From positions 75,454,001-75,518,000 of the forward strand of contig OZ024743.1 in assembly GCA_964016885.1 (NCBI GenBank): 64,000 nt of DNA, in the 5' to 3' direction. The position numbers were made by a program, and so were the translations under genes. Below the pieces are notes generated by a model that was not told the origin of the DNA, made no database searches, and saw only the letters and a program-made list of their open reading frames with translations. Shown here piece by piece: positions 58,049 to 64,000 of the stretch (position 1 is its first letter; each line of letters starts with the position of its first letter). This stretch comes from Eledone cirrhosa (taxonomy: Eukaryota).

Positions 58049-61000
58049 CTTATATATGTTAATGTAGACTAGACAGAGTACATTAGATATGTTAATGTAG
58101 ACTAGACAGAGTACATTATATATGTTAATGTAGACTAGACAGTACATTATATATGTTAATGTAGACTAGACAGTACATTATATATGTTAATGTAGACTAG
58201 ACAGTACATTATATATGTTAATGTAGACTAGACAAAGTACATTATATATGTTAATGTAGACTTGACAGAGTACATTATATATGTTAATGTAGACTAGACA
58301 GTACATTATATATGTTAATGTAGACTTGACAGTACATTATATATGTTAATGTAGACTTGACAGAGTACATTATATATGTTAATGTAGACTAGACAGAGTA
58401 CATTATATATGTTAATGTAGACTTGACAGAGTACATTATATATGTTAATGTAGACTTGACAGAGTACATTATATATGTTAATGTAGACTACACAGAGTAC
58501 ATTATATATGTTAATGTAGACTAGACAGAGTACATTATATATGTTAATGTAGACTAGACAGTACATTATATATGTTAATGTAGACTTGACAGTACATTAT
58601 ATATGTTAATGTAGACTTGACAGTACATTATATATGTTAATGTAGACTAGACAGAGTACATTATATATGTTAATGTAGACTAGACAGAGTACATTATATA
58701 TGTTAATGTAAACTAGACAGAGAACATTATATATGTTAATGTAGACTAGACAGAGTACATTATATATGTTAATGTAGACTAGACAGAGTACATTATATAT
58801 GTTAATGTAGACTAGACAGAGTACATTATATATGTTAATGTAGACTAGACAGTACATTATATATGGTAATGTAGACTAGACAGTACATTATATATGTTAA
58901 TGTAGACTAGACAGTACATTATATATAGTTAATGTAGACTAGACAGTACATTATATATGTTAATGTAGACTTGACAGTACATTATATATGTTAATGTAGA
59001 CTAGACAGTACATTATATATGTTAATGTAGACTAGGCAGTACATTATATATGTTAATGTAGACTAGACAGAGTACATTATATATGTTAATGTAGACTAGA
59101 CAGAGTACATTATATATGTTAATGTAGACTAGACAGTACATTATATATGTTAATGTAGACTAGACAGAGTACATTATATATGTTAATGTAGACTTGACAG
59201 AGTACATTATATATGTTAATGTAGACTAGACAGTACATTATATATGTTAATGTAGACTAGACAGTACATTATATATGTTAATGTAGACTAGACAGTACAT
59301 TATATATGTTAATGTAGACTAGACAGTACATTATATATGTTAATGTAGACTTGACAGTACATTATATATGTTAATGTAGACTAGACAGTACATTATATAT
59401 AGTTAATGTAGAGTTGACAGTACATTATATATGTTAATGTAGACTAGACAGAGTACATTATATATGTTAATGTAGACTAGACAGAGTACATTATATATGT
59501 TAATGTAGACTAGACAGAGTACATTATATATGTTAATGTAGACTAGACAGAGTACATTATATATGTTAATGTAGACTAGAGAGTACATTATATATAGTTA
59601 ATGTAGACTAGACAGTACATTATATATGTTAATGTAGACTAGACAGAGTACATTATATATGTTAATGTAGACTAGACAGTACATTATATATGTTAATGTA
59701 GACTAGACAGAGAACATTATATATGTTAATGTAGACTAGACAGAGTACATTATATATGTTAATGTAGACTAGACAGAGTACATTATATATGTTAATGTAG
59801 ACTAGACAGAGTACATTATATATGTTAATGTAGACTAGACAGAGTACATTATATATGTTAATGTAGACTTGACAGTACATTATATATGTTAATGTAGACT
59901 TGACAGTACATTATATATGTTAATGTAGACTAGACAGTACATTATATATGTTAATGTAGACTAGACAGTACATTATATATGTTAATGTAGACTAGACAGA
60001 GTACATTATATATGTTAATGTAGACTAGACAGTACATTATATATGTTAATGTAGACTAGACAGTACATTATATATGTTAATGTAGACTAGACAGTACATT
60101 ATATATGTTAATGTAGACTTGACAGTACATTATATATGTTAATGTAGACTAGACAGTACATTATATATGTTAATGTAGACTAGACAGAGTACATTATATA
60201 TGTTAATGTAGACTAGACAGAGTACATTATATATGTTAATGTAGACTAGACAGTACATTATATATGTTAATGTAGACTAGACAGTACATTATATATGTTA
60301 ATGTAGACTTGACAGAGTACATTATATATGTTAATGTAGACTAGACAGTACATTATATATGTTAATGTAGACTAGACAGAGTACATTATATATGTTAATG
60401 TAGACTTGACAGAGTACATTATATATGTTAATGTAGACTAGACAGTACATTATATATGTTAATGTAGACTTGACAGTACATTATATATGTTAATGTAGAC
60501 TAGACAGTACATTATATATAGTTAATGTAGACTAGACAGTACATTATATATGTTAATGTAGACTAGACAGTACATTATATATAGTTAATGTAGACTAGAC
60601 AGTACATTATATATGTTAATGTAGACTTGACAGTACATTATATATGTTAATGTAGACTAGACAGTACATTATATATGTTAATGTAGACTAGACAGAGTAC
60701 ATTATATATATTAATGTAGACTAGACAGAGTACATTATATATGTTAATGTAGACTAGACAGTACATTATATATAGTTAATGTAGACTAGACAGTACATTA
60801 TATATGTTAATGTAGACTAGACAGTACATTATATATGTTAATGTAGACTAGACAGAGTACATTATATATGTTAATGTAGACTAGACAGAGTACATTATAT
60901 ATGTTAATGTAGACTAGACAGAGTACATTATATATGTTAATGTAGACTTGACAGTACATTATATATGTTAATGTAGACTTGACAGTACATTATATATGTT

Positions 61001-64000
61001 AATGTAGACTAGACAGTACATTATATATGTTAATGTAGACTAGACAGTACATTATATATGTTAATGTAGACTAGACAGAGTACATTATATATGTTAATGT
61101 AGACTATACAGTACATTATATATGTTAATGTAGACTAGACAGTACATTATATATGTTAATGTAGACTTGACAGTACATTATATATGTTAATGTAGACTTG
61201 ACAGTACATTATATATGTTAATGTAGACTAGACAGTACATTATATATGTTAATGTAGACTTGACAGAGTACATTATATATGTTAATGTAGACTAGACAGT
61301 ACATTATATATGTTAATGTAGACTAGACAGTACATTATATATGTTAATGTAGACTAGACAGAGTACATTATATATGTTAATGTAGACTTGACAGAGTACA
61401 TTATATATGTTAATGTAGACTAGACAGTACATTATATATGTTAATGTAGACTAGACAGTACATTATATATGTTAATGTAGACTTGACAGTACATTATATA
61501 TGTTAATGTAGACTAGACAGTACATTATATGTAGTTAATGTAGACTAGACAGTACATTATATATGTTAATGTAGACTAGACAGTACATTATATATAGTTA
61601 ATGTAGACTAGACAGTACATTATATATGTTAATGTAGACTTGACAGTACATTATATATGTTAATGTAGACTAGACAGTACATTATATATGTTAATGTAGA
61701 CTAGACAGAGTACATTATATATGTTAATGTAGACTAGACAGAGTACATTATATATGTTAATGTAGACTTGACAGTACATTATATATGTTAATGTAGACTA
61801 GACAGAGTACATTATATATGTTAATGTAGACTTGACAGTACATTATATATGTTAATGTAGACTAAACAGTACATTATATATGTTAATGTAGACTTGACAG
61901 TACATTATATATGTTAATGTAGACTAGACAGAGTACATTATATATGTTAATGTAGACTTGACAGAGTACATTATATATGTTAATGTAGACTAGACAGTAC
62001 ATTATATATGTTAATGTAGACTAGACAGTACATTATATATGTTAATGTAGACTTGACAGTACATTATATATGTTAATGTAGACTAGACAGTACATTATAT
62101 ATAGTTAATGTAGACTAGACAGTACATTATATATGTTAATGTAGACTAGACAGTACATTATATATAGTTAATGTAGACTAGACAGTACATTATATATGTT
62201 AATGTAGACTTGACAGTACATTATATATGTTAATGTAGACTAGACAGTACATTATATATGTTAATGTAGACTAGACAGAGTACATTATATATGTTAATGT
62301 AGACTAGACAGAGTACATTATATATGTTAATGTAGACTAGACAGTACATTATATATGTTAATGTAGACTAGACAGAGTACATTATATATGTCAATGTAGA
62401 CTAGACAGAGTACATTATATATGTTAATGTAGATTAGACAGTACATTATATATGTTAATGTAGACTAGACAGAACATTATATATGTTAATGTAGACTAGA
62501 CAGAACATTATATATGTTAATGTAGACTAGACAGTACATTATATATGTTAATGTAGACTTGACAGTACATTATATATGTTAATGTAGACTAGACAGAGTA
62601 CATTATATATGTTAATGTAGACTAGAAAGAGTACATTATATATGTTAATGTAGACTAGACAGAACATTATATATGTTAATGTAGACTTGACAGAGTACAT
62701 TATATATGTTAATGTAGACTAGACAGTACATTATATATGTCAATGTAGACTAAACAGTACATTATATATGTTAATGTAGACTAGATAGAGTACATTATAT
62801 ATGTTAATGTAGACTAGACAGAGTACATTATATATGTTAATGTAGACTTGACAGTACATCATATATGTTAATGTAGACTAGACAGAACATTATATATGTT
62901 AATGTAGACTAGACAGAGTACATTATATATGTTAATGTAGACTAGACAGTACATTATATATGTTAATGTAGACTTGACAGTACATTATATATGTTAATGT
63001 AGACTAGACAGAGTACATTATATATGTTAATGTAGACTAGAAAGAGTACATTATATATGTTAATGTAGACTAGACAGAACATTATATATGTTAATGTAGA
63101 CTTGACAGAGTACATTATATATGTTAATGTAGACTAGACAGTACATTATATATGTCAATGTAGACTAAACAGTACATTATATATGTTAATGTAGACTAGA
63201 TAGAGTACATTATATATGTTAATGTAGACTAGACAGAGTACATTATATATGTTAATGTAGACTTGACAGTACATCATATATGTTAATGTAGACTAGACAG
63301 AACATTATATATGTTAATGTAGACTTGACAGAGTACATTATATATGTTAATGTAGACTAGACAGTACATTATATATGTCAATGTAGACTAAACAGTACAT
63401 TATATATGTTAATGTAGACTAGACAGAGTACATTATATATGTTAATGTAGACTTGACAGTACATTATATATGTTAATGTAGACTAGACAGAGTACATTAT
63501 ATATGTTAATGTAGACTAGACAGAGAACATTATATATGTTAATGTAGACTAGACAGAGTACATTATATATGTTAATGTAGACTAGACAGAGTACATTATA
63601 TATGTTAATGTAGACTAGACAGAGAACATTATATATAGTTAATGTAGACTAGACAGAGTACATTATATATGTTAATGTAGACTAGACAGAGAACATTATA
63701 TATGTTAATGTAGACTAGACAGTACATTATATATGTCAATGTAGACTAGACAGAGAACATTATATATGTTAATGTAGACTTGACAGAGAACATTATATAT
63801 GTTAATGTAGACTAGACAGAGTACATTATATATGTTAATGTAGACTAGACAGAGAACATTATATATGTTAATGTAGACTAGACAGAGTACATTATATATG
63901 TTAATGTAGACTAGACAGTACATTATATATGTTAATGTAGACTAGACAGAGTACATTATATATGTTAATGTAGACTAGACAGTACATTATATATGTCAAT

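Larger units (their letters stand above)
41451..64000. repeat. Large satellite array, 31/33-bp units (GTTAATGTAGACTWGAC(AG)AGTACATTATATAT), roughly 680 units, runs off the window
   Basis: Direct reading; multi-kb higher-order blocks marked by rare variants and embedded SINEs. Confidence 0.98.

Noticed and set aside
42399-63923. Dozens of MYCLVYINIYNVL.. ORFs
   Set aside because: Artefacts of consecutive 33-bp satellite units lacking a stop codon on the minus strand.
41451-64000. CRISPR-like appearance (31-33-bp partly palindromic repeats with occasional inserts)
   Set aside because: The repeats are directly head-to-tail with no unique spacers, the inserts are identical SINE copies, there are no cas genes, and the context is a eukaryotic intron-rich locus.

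Overview
AT-rich animal genomic DNA, most likely a cephalopod (Octopus-like). This assignment comes from my recollection of the SINE/RTE repertoire, not from a search. The first ~35 kb hold 13 phase-consistent GT-AG coding exons (2682-34529, + strand) of a TTC14 orthologue: S1/OB-like region, TPR repeats and a very long Ser/Arg/Lys-rich C-terminal exon. Its first exon(s) are probably upstream of the window. The introns are packed with transposons: RTE-clade LINEs carrying a PHD-type finger inside the RT, their short 3'-tail derivatives, Rex3/Expander-like, CR1 and Vingi-like fragments, tRNA-derived SINEs, piggyBac-type MITEs, foldback hairpins and a Penelope-type hammerhead ribozyme. They also hold several unrelated minisatellites, some born inside TE sequence. 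A CRE-like fragment and a TA-flanked MITE lie downstream of the gene. From ~41.45 kb to the window end lies a >22 kb 31/33-bp dyad-containing satellite. Its multi-kb higher-order repeats carry five co-amplified copies of one SINE insertion. No CRISPR, rRNA or bona fide tRNA genes were found. Copy numbers and identities are by-eye estimates.
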